Below are positions 1-10,190 of a stretch of 52,390 nucleotides of DNA, piece after piece (positions within the stretch are counted from its first letter, which is position 1; each line of letters starts with the position of its first letter). The position numbers and the translations under genes were made by a program. The notes under the pieces are model-generated. The model was given only the letters and a program-made list of their open reading frames with translations. It did not search any database and was not told the origin of the DNA. The DNA is taken from contig DAHUXA010000002.1 in the NCBI GenBank assembly GCA_027307405.1, positions 1 to 52,390 on the forward strand, written 5' to 3'. This DNA is from Hyphomicrobiales bacterium (lineage in GTDB: Bacteria; Pseudomonadota; Alphaproteobacteria; Rhizobiales; Xanthobacteraceae).

Positions 1-381
1 GGTGAGTCTTGGACGATCGACAAGGTCTATGGACTGTTCCCGCGCCTGGCCGAACGCAAAGACAGCATGGGCAACCAGCTTTCGGGCGGCGAACAACAGA
101 TGTTGGCGATCGGCCGGGCGCTGATGACAAACCCGATGCTCCTGATCCTCGACGAGGCAACCGAAGGCCTGGCGCCGTTGATCCGCACCGAAATCTGGCG
201 CTGCCTCGCCAGGCTAAAGGAGTCGGGCCTTTCCATTCTGGTGATCGACAAGAATGTCGGCGCACTCTTGCGCGCTGCCGATCGGCATTTCCTGATCGAG
301 CGTGGGCGCGTGGTGTGGAAGGGCTCATCACAAGAGCTCGCCGCGGCGCCTGACGTCCAACACCGGTATTTGGGTGTTTAA
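1..381 (+). CDS. livF: Branched-chain amino acid-type ABC transporter ATP-binding protein, 5'-truncated by the window edge
   Basis: Frame 1 is open from base 1: ...LFPRLAERK..GNQLSGGEQQMLAIGRALMTNP.LLILDEATEGLAP. Contains the LSGGEQQM signature and Walker B. Confidence 0.85.
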   Translation, partial: GESWTIDKVYGLFPRLAERKDSMGNQLSGGEQQMLAIGRALMTNPMLLILDEATEGLAPLIRTEIWRCLARLKESGLSILVIDKNVGALLRAADRHFLIERGRVVWKGSSQELAAAPDVQHRYLGV

Positions 382-405
382 CGCGCGGGGGGCGCGTGCC
401 AGACA

Positions 406-532
406 CTCAGCATCATGCGCGGGCTTGACCCGCGCACCATGATGAGTGTCAGCGCGTGGGAGCCTTACGTTCGTCAGTACTTGCGAATTGGACGTATGGA
501 TTGCCGGGTCAAGCCCGGCAATGACGACTGAG
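406..532. repeat. REP-like palindromic doublet, copy 1
   Basis: Arm A catgcgcgggcttgacccgcgca and arm B ggattgccgggtcaagcccggcaatgac are each hairpins and are inverted relative to each other. Lies between convergent stop codons. A second copy is at 20609-20690. Confidence 0.8.
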
Positions 533-549
533 AATCAGTGCGGGGTATC

Positions 550-3500
550 TCACTCCGCGGGTTGCAGCGGCGGGCCGCGGCGGCGGACGAAGGTAAAGTT
601 TGTGCCGCCGAGCCGGCGGTGCAACCGGTCGAGCAGCAGATAGATGACCGGCGTTGTGTAGAGGGTGAGCACCTGCGACACCAAAAGTCCGCCAATAATG
701 GTGATGCCCAGTGGCCGCCGAAGTTCCGAACCCGGACCTATGGCGATCACCAGTGGAAGTGCACCCAGCATGGCGGAAAGAGTCGTCATCAGGATCGGCC
801 GGAATCGTTCGAGGCAGGCGTCGTGAATGGCGCGCTGGGGCGACAGCCCCAGCCGCCGCTCCCCGTCGAGCGCAAAGTCCACCATCATGATGCCGTTCTT
901 CTTCACGATGCCAATCAGCAGGATGATGCCGATGAAGGCAATCACCGACAGTTCGGTGCCCGAGATCTGCAAGGCGAGCAGTGCGCCCAGTCCAGCCGAC
1001 GGCAGCGTTGAGATGATTGTCAGTGGATGCGCCAGGCTCTCGTACAACACGCCGAGCACGATATAGACCGCGATCAATGCTGCCAGCAGCAGCAGCGGTT
1101 GAGCGCCAACCGCTTGCTTGAAGGCCTGCACGTCGCCGGCGAAATCCGCATGAATGGCGTCGGGAATATGCATTTCGGCGACAGCCTGCTCGATTGCCGC
1201 AGTGGCGTCTTCGATCGGGGTATTGGGCGCCAGGTTGTAGGTAAGGGTCACCGACGGAAACTGTCCTTGATGGTTCACGACAAGCGGCGCGATGCCGCGT
1301 TCGACCGTCGTGACCGCCGATAGCGGCACCTGCGCATCGTTGTTGCCCGGAACGTAGACACGGGCCAGATCGGCCGGGTCCCTTTGATAAGAGTTGTCGA
1401 CTTCCAGTATCACCCGATACTGATTGCGCGTGCCGTAGATGGTCGAGATTTGCCGCTGCGAAAATGCGTTGTTGAGCGCGTTGTCGATGTCCTGCACGCG
1501 CACACCAAAACGCGCGGCCGCTGCTCGATCGATCGCAACATTGGCTTGCAAGCCTCCCTGCTCGCGATCGCTGGTGACATCCACAATTCCCGACACTTGC
1601 TTCACGCGATCGATGACGCGCGGCACCCATTTTTGCAGCTCATCAATGTCGGCGCTCCATAGCGTGAACTGATATTGCGAGTCGCTTTGTCGGCCGCCGG
1701 CCCGGAGATCCTGCGCCGGGAACATGAAGACGCGGATGCCGGGAATCTGGTTGAGCTTGTTACGCAGGCGGCCAACCACTTGCAGAGTGGTTACATTGCC
1801 TCGCTCATTGAGCGGTTTGAGGCTGATGTATAAACGCCCGCGATTCACCGAAGCATTGAAAGGATTGGCGCCGACCGAGGAGCCGAGGCCTGAGACGGCT
1901 GGATCGGCAAGCACAATATCCATTGCCTTTTGCTGGAGCTGCTTCATCGCCTCGAAGGATATGTCGGTCGACGCTTCGGTGCCGCCGAAGATCAGGCCGG
2001 TATCGTCCTGCGGGAAGTAGCCTTTGGGCACCTTGATATAGAGCCCAATGGTGAGCGCGATCGTTGCGGCAAACACGATCAGCATCAGCGCGCGGTGGTC
2101 GAGAGCGAATGACAGCGTGCGGTCGTAGAAGCGGATCATGCGCGACAGCAGTCCCTCAACCCGGCGGTCGAGCCAGGTGGCATCCCGGCTTGGCGGTTGA
2201 CGCACGAAATAGGCACATATCATCGGCGTTACCGAGAGCGACACCACGGTGGAGATGGCGATCGCAAAAGCGAGCGTCACCGAAAACTCACGGAATAGTC
2301 TTCCGACGATGCCGCCCATGAATAACAGCGGGATGAAGGCAGCGATCAACGAAACTGAAATCGATACGACCGTGAAGCCGATCTGCTTCGCGCCCAGCAA
2401 AGTGGCGCGTAATGGCGATGCGCCGCGTTCGAGGTGGCGGAACGCATTTTCGATCATCACGATGGCGTCGTCCACGACGAACCCGACGCTGACCGCCAAT
2501 GCCATCAGCGACAAGTTGTCGATGGAAAAGCCGGCCGCCCACATCGCAGCGCACGTGCCGGAGAGTGCAAGCGGCACCGTAATGCCGGCTGCCGCGGTCG
2601 GCGCTATACGCCGCAGGAAGAGAAAGACCACCAGCATCACGAGCACGATGGTGGCGGTCAGCGTCAGCTGCATATCGTGCACGCTGGCGCGGATCGTCTG
2701 GGTGCGGTCGGTCAGCACCGAAATGTCGAGGCCGGCCGGCACCCACTGTCTGAGCTCGGGCAGGAGCGCGTAAATGCGGTCGACCGTGTCGATAACGTTG
2801 GCATTGCCCTGCTTGGTAATGATGAGCAGCACGGATGGATCCTTGTTGAACCATCCGGCGGCGCGGCTGTTGCGCACACTGGCGCGGATGGTGGCGACAT
2901 CCGACAGTCGGATCACGGTGCCGTTCACGGTCTTCACGACCAACGGATCATATTCATTGGCGTTGCGTAACTGATCGTTGATGCCGATCGTCGTTGCACG
3001 GTTGGCGCCATCGAAAGTGCCGAGGGGGCCGGCCGCATTCGAATTGGAGATGGCCGTGCGAACGTCTTCCATCGCCAGCCCCATGGCGGAGAGCCGTGCC
3101 GGATCGACCCGCACGCGGATCGCTGGCTGCTCGGAGCCCGCGACCGTGACGTCGGCAACGCCGTCCACTTGCGACAGACGCTGCGCGATCACGCTATCGG
3201 CTGCGTCGTAAATTGCGCTCGGGGTCATCGTCTTGGACGTGAGCGCCAGGATCAGGATCGGAGCCGCTGACGGATTGGCTTTGCGGAAGGTTGGCAGCTG
3301 CGGCATGTCGGTCGGCAAGTCGCTGAGCGCGGCATTGAGCGCCGCCTGCACGTCGCGGGCCGCACCTTCGATGCTGCGGCTCAGGTCGAACTGTACGGTA
3401 ATGCGCGACTGGCCAAGGGAGGTAACCGAGGTCAGTTCGGTGACTCCGGCGATCTCACCGACGCGCCGTTCCAGCGGGGCTGCAACCGTCGCAGCCATGA

Positions 3501-3672
3501 TGTTGGGGTCGGCGCCGGGCAGGCTGGCGCTAATGTTGATGGTCGGAAATTCGACGCTCGGCAGGCTTGCGACGGGAAGAAAGAAATAGGCAACAACGCC
3601 AACCAGGAACAATCCGGTTGCCATCAGCGTGGTGCCGATCGGCCGCCGAATGAAGGGGTAGGAGAAATTCAC
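550..3672 (-). CDS. mdtC: RND efflux permease, MdtC-like
   Basis: 1040 aa; FIRRPIGTTL start, GFVVDDAIVMIEN, GIVKKN, RFRPILMTT motifs. Second of two tandem RND genes. Confidence 0.9.
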   Translation of the reverse strand: MNFSYPFIRRPIGTTLMATGLFLVGVVAYFFLPVASLPSVEFPTINISASLPGADPNIMAATVAAPLERRVGEIAGVTELTSVTSLGQSRITVQFDLSRSIEGAARDVQAALNAALSDLPTDMPQLPTFRKANPSAAPILILALTSKTMTPSAIYDAADSVIAQRLSQVDGVADVTVAGSEQPAIRVRVDPARLSAMGLAMEDVRTAISNSNAAGPLGTFDGANRATTIGINDQLRNANEYDPLVVKTVNGTVIRLSDVATIRASVRNSRAAGWFNKDPSVLLIITKQGNANVIDTVDRIYALLPELRQWVPAGLDISVLTDRTQTIRASVHDMQLTLTATIVLVMLVVFLFLRRIAPTAAAGITVPLALSGTCAAMWAAGFSIDNLSLMALAVSVGFVVDDAIVMIENAFRHLERGASPLRATLLGAKQIGFTVVSISVSLIAAFIPLLFMGGIVGRLFREFSVTLAFAIAISTVVSLSVTPMICAYFVRQPPSRDATWLDRRVEGLLSRMIRFYDRTLSFALDHRALMLIVFAATIALTIGLYIKVPKGYFPQDDTGLIFGGTEASTDISFEAMKQLQQKAMDIVLADPAVSGLGSSVGANPFNASVNRGRLYISLKPLNERGNVTTLQVVGRLRNKLNQIPGIRVFMFPAQDLRAGGRQSDSQYQFTLWSADIDELQKWVPRVIDRVKQVSGIVDVTSDREQGGLQANVAIDRAAAARFGVRVQDIDNALNNAFSQRQISTIYGTRNQYRVILEVDNSYQRDPADLARVYVPGNNDAQVPLSAVTTVERGIAPLVVNHQGQFPSVTLTYNLAPNTPIEDATAAIEQAVAEMHIPDAIHADFAGDVQAFKQAVGAQPLLLLAALIAVYIVLGVLYESLAHPLTIISTLPSAGLGALLALQISGTELSVIAFIGIILLIGIVKKNGIMMVDFALDGERRLGLSPQRAIHDACLERFRPILMTTLSAMLGALPLVIAIGPGSELRRPLGITIIGGLLVSQVLTLYTTPVIYLLLDRLHRRLGGTNFTFVRRRGPPLQPAE

Positions 3673-6600
3673 GACCGGCCTCGTGCAGGGCGCGCTACCC
3701 GGCGCGGCGCCGGCGGTGGGGCGGGTGCAAGCCGCGCCCGCAGACGCTCCATGTAAAGATAGATCACCGGTGTGGTGTAGAGCGTCAGCAATTGTGAGAG
3801 CAGCAAGCCGCCAACAATTGTGACGCCGAGCGGATTGCGCAGCTCAGAGCCCGTGCCTCCTTCAAGCGCCAGCGGCAAGGCCCCGAACAAGGCTGCCAGC
3901 GTGGTCATCATGATCGGGCGAAACCGCAACAGGGCGGCCTGCACGATCGACTCCTCGGGCGAAAGGCCCTGATGACGCTCAGCGTCGATCGCGAAATCGA
4001 TCATCAGAATCGCGTTCTTCTTCACAATGCCCATCAGCAGCACGATGCCGATCAGCGCGATCACTGACAGGTCATAGCCGAACACCATCAGCGCCAGCAG
4101 CGCGCCGACGCCGGCGGAGGGAAGGGTGGACAGAATCGTGAGCGGGTGAATGAAGCTCTCGTACAAAACGCCAAGCACGAGATAGATCGCGATGGCGGCG
4201 GCAAGGATCAGCCAAGGTTCGCCGGCCAGCGATTTCGCGAACTCCGCGGCATCGCCGGAGTAGCTGCCGGTCACCGACGTTGGCATGCCGATCGCCTGCT
4301 GCGCAGCGCGGATGACCGCGACTGCGTCGGAGAGCGCGTAGCCGGGCGCAAGATCGAAACTGATGGTGACGGAGGGAAACTGCTCCTGGTGCGCGATAGC
4401 AAGCGGCGCCGATGTCGGCACGAAACGGGCAAAGGCGGCCAGCGGCACCTGTGCGGTATTGGTGACGGCATTGGGCGTGGCCGTCGTGTTGGTGTTGGTA
4501 TTTCCGCTCGCCGTATTGGCGACGGTTGCCGCCGTGCCGGTCGAGGTGCTGGCGCCGGTGACGTAAAGCTTCGTGAGTGCGTTGGGATCCTGCTGATAGC
4601 GCGGCTGCGCTTCCAGAATGACGCGGTACTGGTTCGCCTGCCCATAGATAGTGGAAATCTGACGCTGGCCGAAGGCGTCGTTGAGGGTATCGGTGATGCT
4701 TTGCATGGAAACGCCAAGCCGTCCGGCCTGTTCGCGGTCAACGTCGACCTGCACGCGCGGGCCGCCTTCCTGCGCCTCGGATGCAACTTCACGCAGCGCC
4801 GGATCGCCGCGAAGCGCTCGCACGAGCTTGTCGGCCCATTCGATCAGCTCGGCACGGTCGGTGGAGACCAAAGTGTATTGATACTGCGCACGGCTCACGC
4901 GGGTCGAGATCTGGATGTCTTGTGTAGCCTGGAAATACACGGTCATGCCGGGGATGCCGGCAACCTTATCTTTGAGCCGTGAGACGATCTCCTCGACGCG
5001 CGCGTGACGATCGTCGCGTAACTTCAGCGTAATGGCGAGGCGACCCGCATTGGGCGTCGCATTCATCGGGCTGACGCCGATGACGGAAACGACGCCAGTG
5101 ACATCCGGGTCGGTGCGGATTGCGTCTTCCACCGCGTGCTGACGCCGCTGCATTTCAGAGAATGACACATCGGGGCTGGCTTCTGTGACCGCCGTGATCA
5201 GGCCGGTGTCCTGGAGAGGCAAAAAGCCTTTCGGCACGACGACATAGAGCAAGATGGTAGCGACAAGCGTCGCCAGAGTGACGATAAGGGTTTCGGGCTG
5301 GCGGCGCAGCACCCACTCGAGGCTTCGCCTATAGAACTCGACCGTGCGTTCGGTAAGCTCATGGAAGCGGGCGCTGAACGCGTTGGTGGTGCCGCCGTCA
5401 GACTCGTCGACATTTCGCAGCAATCGCGCGCACATCATTGGCGTCAGCGTCAACGAGACGATCGCAGAAGCCACGACTGCGATTGTCAGAGTGAGCGCGA
5501 ACTCACGAAACATGCGGCCGACAAGGCCGGTCATGAATAGCAGCGGGATAAACACCGCAATCAGCGACAGAGTCAGCGATATCACCGTGAAGCCAATTTC
5601 GCGTGCGCCGCGAAGGGCTGCTTCCAGGGGATTCTCCCCGTCCTCTATGTGGCGCACGATGTTCTCGATCATGACGATGGCGTCATCGACTACGAAGCCG
5701 GTGCCGATGGTCAGCGCCATCAGCGACAGGTTGTCGAGCGAGAAACCGCAAAACCACATGACGCCGAAAGTCGCGATCAGCGACAGCGGCAGCGCTACGC
5801 CGGCAATGATGGTGGCACGAATGGTACGCAGGAAGATCAGTACGACCAGCACCACCAACGCGATGCTGAGCACCAGCGTGAACTGCACATCGTGAATCGA
5901 GGCGCGAATGGTTGTGGTGCGGTCGTTGACGATGGTCAGGGTGGCGCCTGCCGGCATCGCGCGCCGCAAGCGCGGCAATTCGGCGTGCACGCGTTGCACC
6001 GTCTCGATCACGTTAGCTCCGGGCTGACGCTGCACGTCGACCACGATCGACGGCTTGCCCCGGTACCAGGCTCCGACCTTGGTGTTCTCCAGTCCATCGA
6101 CGACGTCGGCGAGGTCGCTGATTTTGACCGGCGCGCCATTGCGGAACGCCACGACGATATCCCTGTAGGTATCGACCGCGGTGATCTGGTCGTTGGCGGC
6201 GATGGTGTACGACTGATGCGCGCCGTCGAGCGACCCTTTCGGGCCGGCCACATTGGCGCCAACGATAGCCGTGCGCATGTCCTCCAGTGCGAGCCCGTAG
6301 GCCGCGAGCCGCGACAGGTCGGCCTGAATGCGGATCGCCGGCCGGATGCCGCCTTGCACTGAGACGTGGCCGACGCCAGTCACCTCGGAAAGTCTTGGCG
6401 CCATGATGGTGTCGGCCATGTCGCTGAGTGTGCGTAAGTCGATCGTCTCCGAAGTCAGCGCGAGTGTGATGATCGGCGCGTCGGCCGGGTTCACCTTCGA
6501 ATAGAGCGGCGGGTAGGGCAGGTTACGCGGCAGCGTCGAGCCGGCGGCATTGATCGCCGACTGCACATCTTGCGCGGCCGCGTCGATATCGCGGCTGAGG

Positions 6601-6887
6601 TCGAATTGCAGCGTGACCTGGCTGATGCCGAACGAACTCGAGGAAGTCATGGTCTGGAGCGCCGGAATCTGGCCAAATTGGCGCTCCAGCGGAGCTGTCA
6701 CCAGCGCGGCGATGGTGTCGGGATTTGCGCCGGGAAGCTGCGTGGTGACCTGGATGGTCGGGAAATCGACCTGCGGCAGCGCCGAAACCGGTAGCCACCA
6801 ATAGCCGAGGAATCCTCCTAGCATCACCGCGACGCCGAGCAGGGAAGTGGCGATCGGCCGGTGAATGAATGGCGACGATACGCTCAT
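3669..6887 (-). CDS. mdtB: RND efflux permease, MdtB-like
   Basis: 1072 aa; FIHRPIATSLL, LPQVDFPTIQV, NLPYPPLYSKVNPAD, VVDDAIVMIEN. Overlaps both neighbours by 4 bp. Confidence 0.9.
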   Translation of the reverse strand: MSVSSPFIHRPIATSLLGVAVMLGGFLGYWWLPVSALPQVDFPTIQVTTQLPGANPDTIAALVTAPLERQFGQIPALQTMTSSSSFGISQVTLQFDLSRDIDAAAQDVQSAINAAGSTLPRNLPYPPLYSKVNPADAPIITLALTSETIDLRTLSDMADTIMAPRLSEVTGVGHVSVQGGIRPAIRIQADLSRLAAYGLALEDMRTAIVGANVAGPKGSLDGAHQSYTIAANDQITAVDTYRDIVVAFRNGAPVKISDLADVVDGLENTKVGAWYRGKPSIVVDVQRQPGANVIETVQRVHAELPRLRRAMPAGATLTIVNDRTTTIRASIHDVQFTLVLSIALVVLVVLIFLRTIRATIIAGVALPLSLIATFGVMWFCGFSLDNLSLMALTIGTGFVVDDAIVMIENIVRHIEDGENPLEAALRGAREIGFTVISLTLSLIAVFIPLLFMTGLVGRMFREFALTLTIAVVASAIVSLTLTPMMCARLLRNVDESDGGTTNAFSARFHELTERTVEFYRRSLEWVLRRQPETLIVTLATLVATILLYVVVPKGFLPLQDTGLITAVTEASPDVSFSEMQRRQHAVEDAIRTDPDVTGVVSVIGVSPMNATPNAGRLAITLKLRDDRHARVEEIVSRLKDKVAGIPGMTVYFQATQDIQISTRVSRAQYQYTLVSTDRAELIEWADKLVRALRGDPALREVASEAQEGGPRVQVDVDREQAGRLGVSMQSITDTLNDAFGQRQISTIYGQANQYRVILEAQPRYQQDPNALTKLYVTGASTSTGTAATVANTASGNTNTNTTATPNAVTNTAQVPLAAFARFVPTSAPLAIAHQEQFPSVTISFDLAPGYALSDAVAVIRAAQQAIGMPTSVTGSYSGDAAEFAKSLAGEPWLILAAAIAIYLVLGVLYESFIHPLTILSTLPSAGVGALLALMVFGYDLSVIALIGIVLLMGIVKKNAILMIDFAIDAERHQGLSPEESIVQAALLRFRPIMMTTLAALFGALPLALEGGTGSELRNPLGVTIVGGLLLSQLLTLYTTPVIYLYMERLRARLAPAPPPAPRRVARPARGRS

Positions 6888-8161
6888 TGCTGCGAGTTCG
6901 GCCTCGAACTGTTGCCGCCCCGCTGCCTCCGTTCACCTTTTCCGTCGGAAGTCTGACCGGTACGTGGCCGGGCGCCTTGTGCCGGCGCCGCGTCAGCACT
7001 TCCAATCGAAACCTTGCTGCCGTCCGTCAGCCGGACAAAGCCGGTGGTGACCACGCGCTCGTTGGAGTCGAGCCCGCTCTTGACCACCGTTTGAGTTTCG
7101 TCCTGTTTCTGCACCACGATCGGCCGCATCGCCACCGTGTCATCGTCCTTGACCACATAGACGAAGGTGCCGTTCGGACCGCGCTGCACGGCGCCGGTTG
7201 GAATCACCACCACCTGTTTGAGCGTGTCGATCAGCAGACGAATATTGACAAACTGCCCGGGCCAGAGCTGGAGATCTGCATTGGGGAATTCGGCCTTCAG
7301 CTTCACCGTCCCGGTGGTCTGATCGACCTGGTTGTCGACCACCTTGAGCAGTCCGTGATCGATCACTGCGTCATTGTCCGAACGCAGTGCATCGACCACG
7401 AGCGCGCCCTTGCCGAAGGCTTGGTTCACTTGCGGCAAATCCTGCTGCGGCAGGTTGAACGTCACCGAGATCGGCTTGAGCTGAGCGATGACCACGATCG
7501 CCTGACCGCTGGCGGCGCGAACGATATTGCCTTCGTCGACCTGCCGGATGCCGGTGCGGCCGTCGAGCGGCGCGGTAATGGTGGTGTAGCTCAGCATCGC
7601 CTGTGCATTCTCGATCGCCGCCTGATCGGCCTGCACGATGGCGGTATTTTGTGCCACCAGTGCTCGCTGGGTATCGGCCTGTTGTTTGTTGATTGCGTTG
7701 GTTGCCGCGAGCTTTTCATAGCGCTCGAGGTCGAGCTTGGAATTGGAAAGCTGCGCCTCGTCCTGCGCTTTCTTTGCTACCGCCTGGTCGAGTTGGGCCT
7801 TGTAAGTAACGGGATCGATACGCGCCAGTACGTCGCCTTTCTTGACGTCCTGACCTTCTTTGTAATTCACGCTGAGAAGCTTGCCATCGACCTGCGGGCT
7901 GACGGTGACGGTGTTGAGCGCCTTGATGGTGCCGACGGCGTCGAGATACACCGGCACGTCCGCGCGCGAGACGGCAGCCACGACCACGGGGACCGGGCCC
8001 TCGGCGCCGAAACGACTTGCACGCCGCTGCTGGGTGGTCGGCCCGCCGAAGACGTAATAAAGCGCACCAATGACCACGAGCAGGACAGCGCCGATTGCGA
8101 GCGTGCGGCGCTTGCTACCCCGCGCTTTCGCTAAAAGCTGCTTGGGAAATTCACCGTGCAT
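6884..8161 (-). CDS. mdtA: RND periplasmic adaptor (membrane fusion protein), MdtA-like
   Basis: N-terminal TM; GTIKALNTVTV.PQVDG, ITAPLDGRTGIRQVDEGN, DNQVDQTTGTVKLKAEF, LWPGQFVN. Confidence 0.9.
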   Translation of the reverse strand: MHGEFPKQLLAKARGSKRRTLAIGAVLLVVIGALYYVFGGPTTQQRRASRFGAEGPVPVVVAAVSRADVPVYLDAVGTIKALNTVTVSPQVDGKLLSVNYKEGQDVKKGDVLARIDPVTYKAQLDQAVAKKAQDEAQLSNSKLDLERYEKLAATNAINKQQADTQRALVAQNTAIVQADQAAIENAQAMLSYTTITAPLDGRTGIRQVDEGNIVRAASGQAIVVIAQLKPISVTFNLPQQDLPQVNQAFGKGALVVDALRSDNDAVIDHGLLKVVDNQVDQTTGTVKLKAEFPNADLQLWPGQFVNIRLLIDTLKQVVVIPTGAVQRGPNGTFVYVVKDDDTVAMRPIVVQKQDETQTVVKSGLDSNERVVTTGFVRLTDGSKVSIGSADAAPAQGARPRTGQTSDGKGERRQRGGNSSRPNSQQ

Positions 8162-9677
8162 CGGCTGTTTTCACTGGCTTCGGCAGCCAGCCGCCTCCCA
8201 GCGCCTGATAGAGGCTGACGATCGCCTGCAGCCGTGCGAGCCGCGCCTGCGCCAACGCATCCTGGGCCTGGAACAGCGTCTGCTGAACCTGAAGCAGGGT
8301 GATGAGGTTGACCGTGCCTGCGCGCAGCTGTTGATCGGAGAGGTCGAATGCTCGCTTTGAACTCGTGACCACTTTGCGTTGCAGCTGTTCGGCCATGGCC
8401 GTCTCTTGGATGGCGATCAGGGCCTTGTCGACGTCGGTGAATCCCGAGATGACGGTTTTTCTATAGTTCTGCAGGAGTTGATCCTGCACGCCCTTCTGCA
8501 AATCGAGATTGCCGAGCAACTGCCCGCCGTGGAAGATCGGCTGCGTCAGGCCGGCCGCCACCGAGTAGATTGCCGATTCCGGCCGCAGCAGGAGCTTGAG
8601 AATAGCGCTCTCATAACCGCCGTCACCGGTGAGCGTGATGCTCGGCAGGAATTGCGCGCGGGCGTTCTCGACGTTGGCGTTGGCGGAGGCGAGTTGTGCC
8701 TCTGCCTGGCGGATATCGGGGCGCTGGGTCAGAAGTTCAGACGGCAAGCCGGGCGTGACGCGCGGAATTGCGATCGCATTCATGCCGCCACCACGGATGA
8801 CCACGCTCTCGGGTGGGCGCGCAATGAGCAGCGCGAGCACCGCTTTGTTCTGTCGAAGCGTTTGCTCCAGAGGCGGAATTGCCGCCCGTTGCGTGTCGAC
8901 CAGGCTTTCCTGTTGGGCGACGTTGAGATCGGAAGAAGTGCCGGCAGAATATTGCTGTCGAATCAAAGTGAGAATGCGGTCAGCGCTTGCCACGTTTTCG
9001 CGCGCGATACGCAAACGATCCTGTGCCGCCAGGACCTGAAAATAGGCATTGGCGACACTCACGACCGTCGTGAGCCCAACCACCTCGCGATTGAACCGGC
9101 TGGCCACCGCCGTTTCCTCGGCTGCGCGCACGAGGGAACGGTTCTTGCCCCAGAAGTCGATCTCGTAGCTGGCGTTGAGCGTGGCCTGCAGGTTGTTCTG
9201 AATGATGGCGACACTGGCACCTGACCGGGAAACGCTAATAACGTTCGTGCTGCCGGTGGTCTTCGACTGCTGACTGTGTTGGGCGTTGCCGTTTAAATCG
9301 ATTATCGGCAACAGTGCGGCGCCCGCGATGCGAGCTTGCGCGTCAGCCTGCACGATTTGCGCGACTGCGACGGCAATGTCGAGGTTGCTGATGCGCGCTT
9401 CCTCGATGAGTTCGGTCAATTCGCGCGAACGGAACGAGCGCCACCAATCGAGCGGCGGGACCGCCGCTTCGGCCGCCGCCGGATTGCGTGGCCCGGCGCC
9501 GTAAGCGGGCGGAATGTCGAGTCCTGGTTCCGGCTTGTCGCCGGTCAGCAGGCAGCCCCCGAGGGGCACCGTTACGCATAAACTCTGGAGCATGATCCAA
9601 AACGGGCGCCTGCGCGCTTTCGTTCCCGTCTCCTTTGCCCTCCCAGCCCCTTGCATTCCAAAGACTTTCAAAGCCAA
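8151..9677 (-). CDS. Outer membrane factor lipoprotein (NodT/OprM family)
   Basis: Lipobox LGGC; ASYEIDFWGK, GLPSELLTQRPDIRQAE, LYQALGGGW. The true start may lie downstream of 9677. Confidence 0.88.
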   Translation of the reverse strand: MALKVFGMQGAGRAKETGTKARRRPFWIMLQSLCVTVPLGGCLLTGDKPEPGLDIPPAYGAGPRNPAAAEAAVPPLDWWRSFRSRELTELIEEARISNLDIAVAVAQIVQADAQARIAGAALLPIIDLNGNAQHSQQSKTTGSTNVISVSRSGASVAIIQNNLQATLNASYEIDFWGKNRSLVRAAEETAVASRFNREVVGLTTVVSVANAYFQVLAAQDRLRIARENVASADRILTLIRQQYSAGTSSDLNVAQQESLVDTQRAAIPPLEQTLRQNKAVLALLIARPPESVVIRGGGMNAIAIPRVTPGLPSELLTQRPDIRQAEAQLASANANVENARAQFLPSITLTGDGGYESAILKLLLRPESAIYSVAAGLTQPIFHGGQLLGNLDLQKGVQDQLLQNYRKTVISGFTDVDKALIAIQETAMAEQLQRKVVTSSKRAFDLSDQQLRAGTVNLITLLQVQQTLFQAQDALAQARLARLQAIVSLYQALGGGWLPKPVKTADAR

Positions 9678-9713
9678 GCCAAATAGCGATTCGGATGGGA
9701 GCCGAGAGTACTA

Positions 9714-10190
9714 CTATTTGACCCCCGCGGCTTTGCGCCCCGGTGGCCAATTGGCCAAAGCTTGCCGGCCAGCCGGGGAAATGTTCGCGGCAATCCCCGC
9801 AAATACGCCCTGAATGGTCTGGTCAAAGGCCTGCCGCCCGGCCCTGGTCTTCGCCATAGCAGCACGTAACGCCTCAACGTCGAACGGCTCCTGCCGAAGC
9901 ACCTCATGAATTTGGTCTTGGGCCGTGTGATAGGCGGCTTGCGCGTCCTCGATTGCCGCGCGGCTGGCATTGATTCGGCTGCGGAGGATGTCGGCGTCGG
10001 CGGGCGGCAGCGTCGCTGCGAGCCGTTCCACGCGGATGCATACGTTGCGATCCCACTAGGAGGGCGTCGGTGCCCGCACCGCCCTGGCGATCGCAACGCC
10101 GACAAAGCACAGATTGAGCGCTAGCGAACCCAATAAGAGCCAGCGCGAAGAGCCACGCTCCATCGCAGGAAACGCCTGGGCGACACTCAT
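9714..10190 (-). pseudogene. Periplasmic heavy-metal-sensor-like helical protein (CnrX/ZraP-like), interrupted by an in-frame TAG
   Basis: ATG at 10190 overlaps the upstream stop and reads MSVAQ..RWLLLGSLALNLCFVGVAIA (SLALN TM). TAG at 10056-10058, then the frame continues WDRN..ERLAATLPPAD..EPFDVEALRAAM. Confidence 0.7.

Noticed and set aside
446-643. 65-aa ORF containing WIAGSSPAMT
   Set aside because: It is a translation of the REP-like element and runs antisense into mdtC.
6869-8134. Long antisense ORFs (also 12169-13443, 19380-20489, 39020-40003, 40060-41199 and others)
   Set aside because: They mirror well-supported genes, carry no recognisable motifs, and are expected from codon bias in GC-rich DNA.
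10056-10058. TAG as recoding (pyrrolysine or alternative genetic code)
   Set aside because: TAG terminates many normal genes here (e.g. 15742, 18191, 23777, 48173) and no pyl genes are visible.
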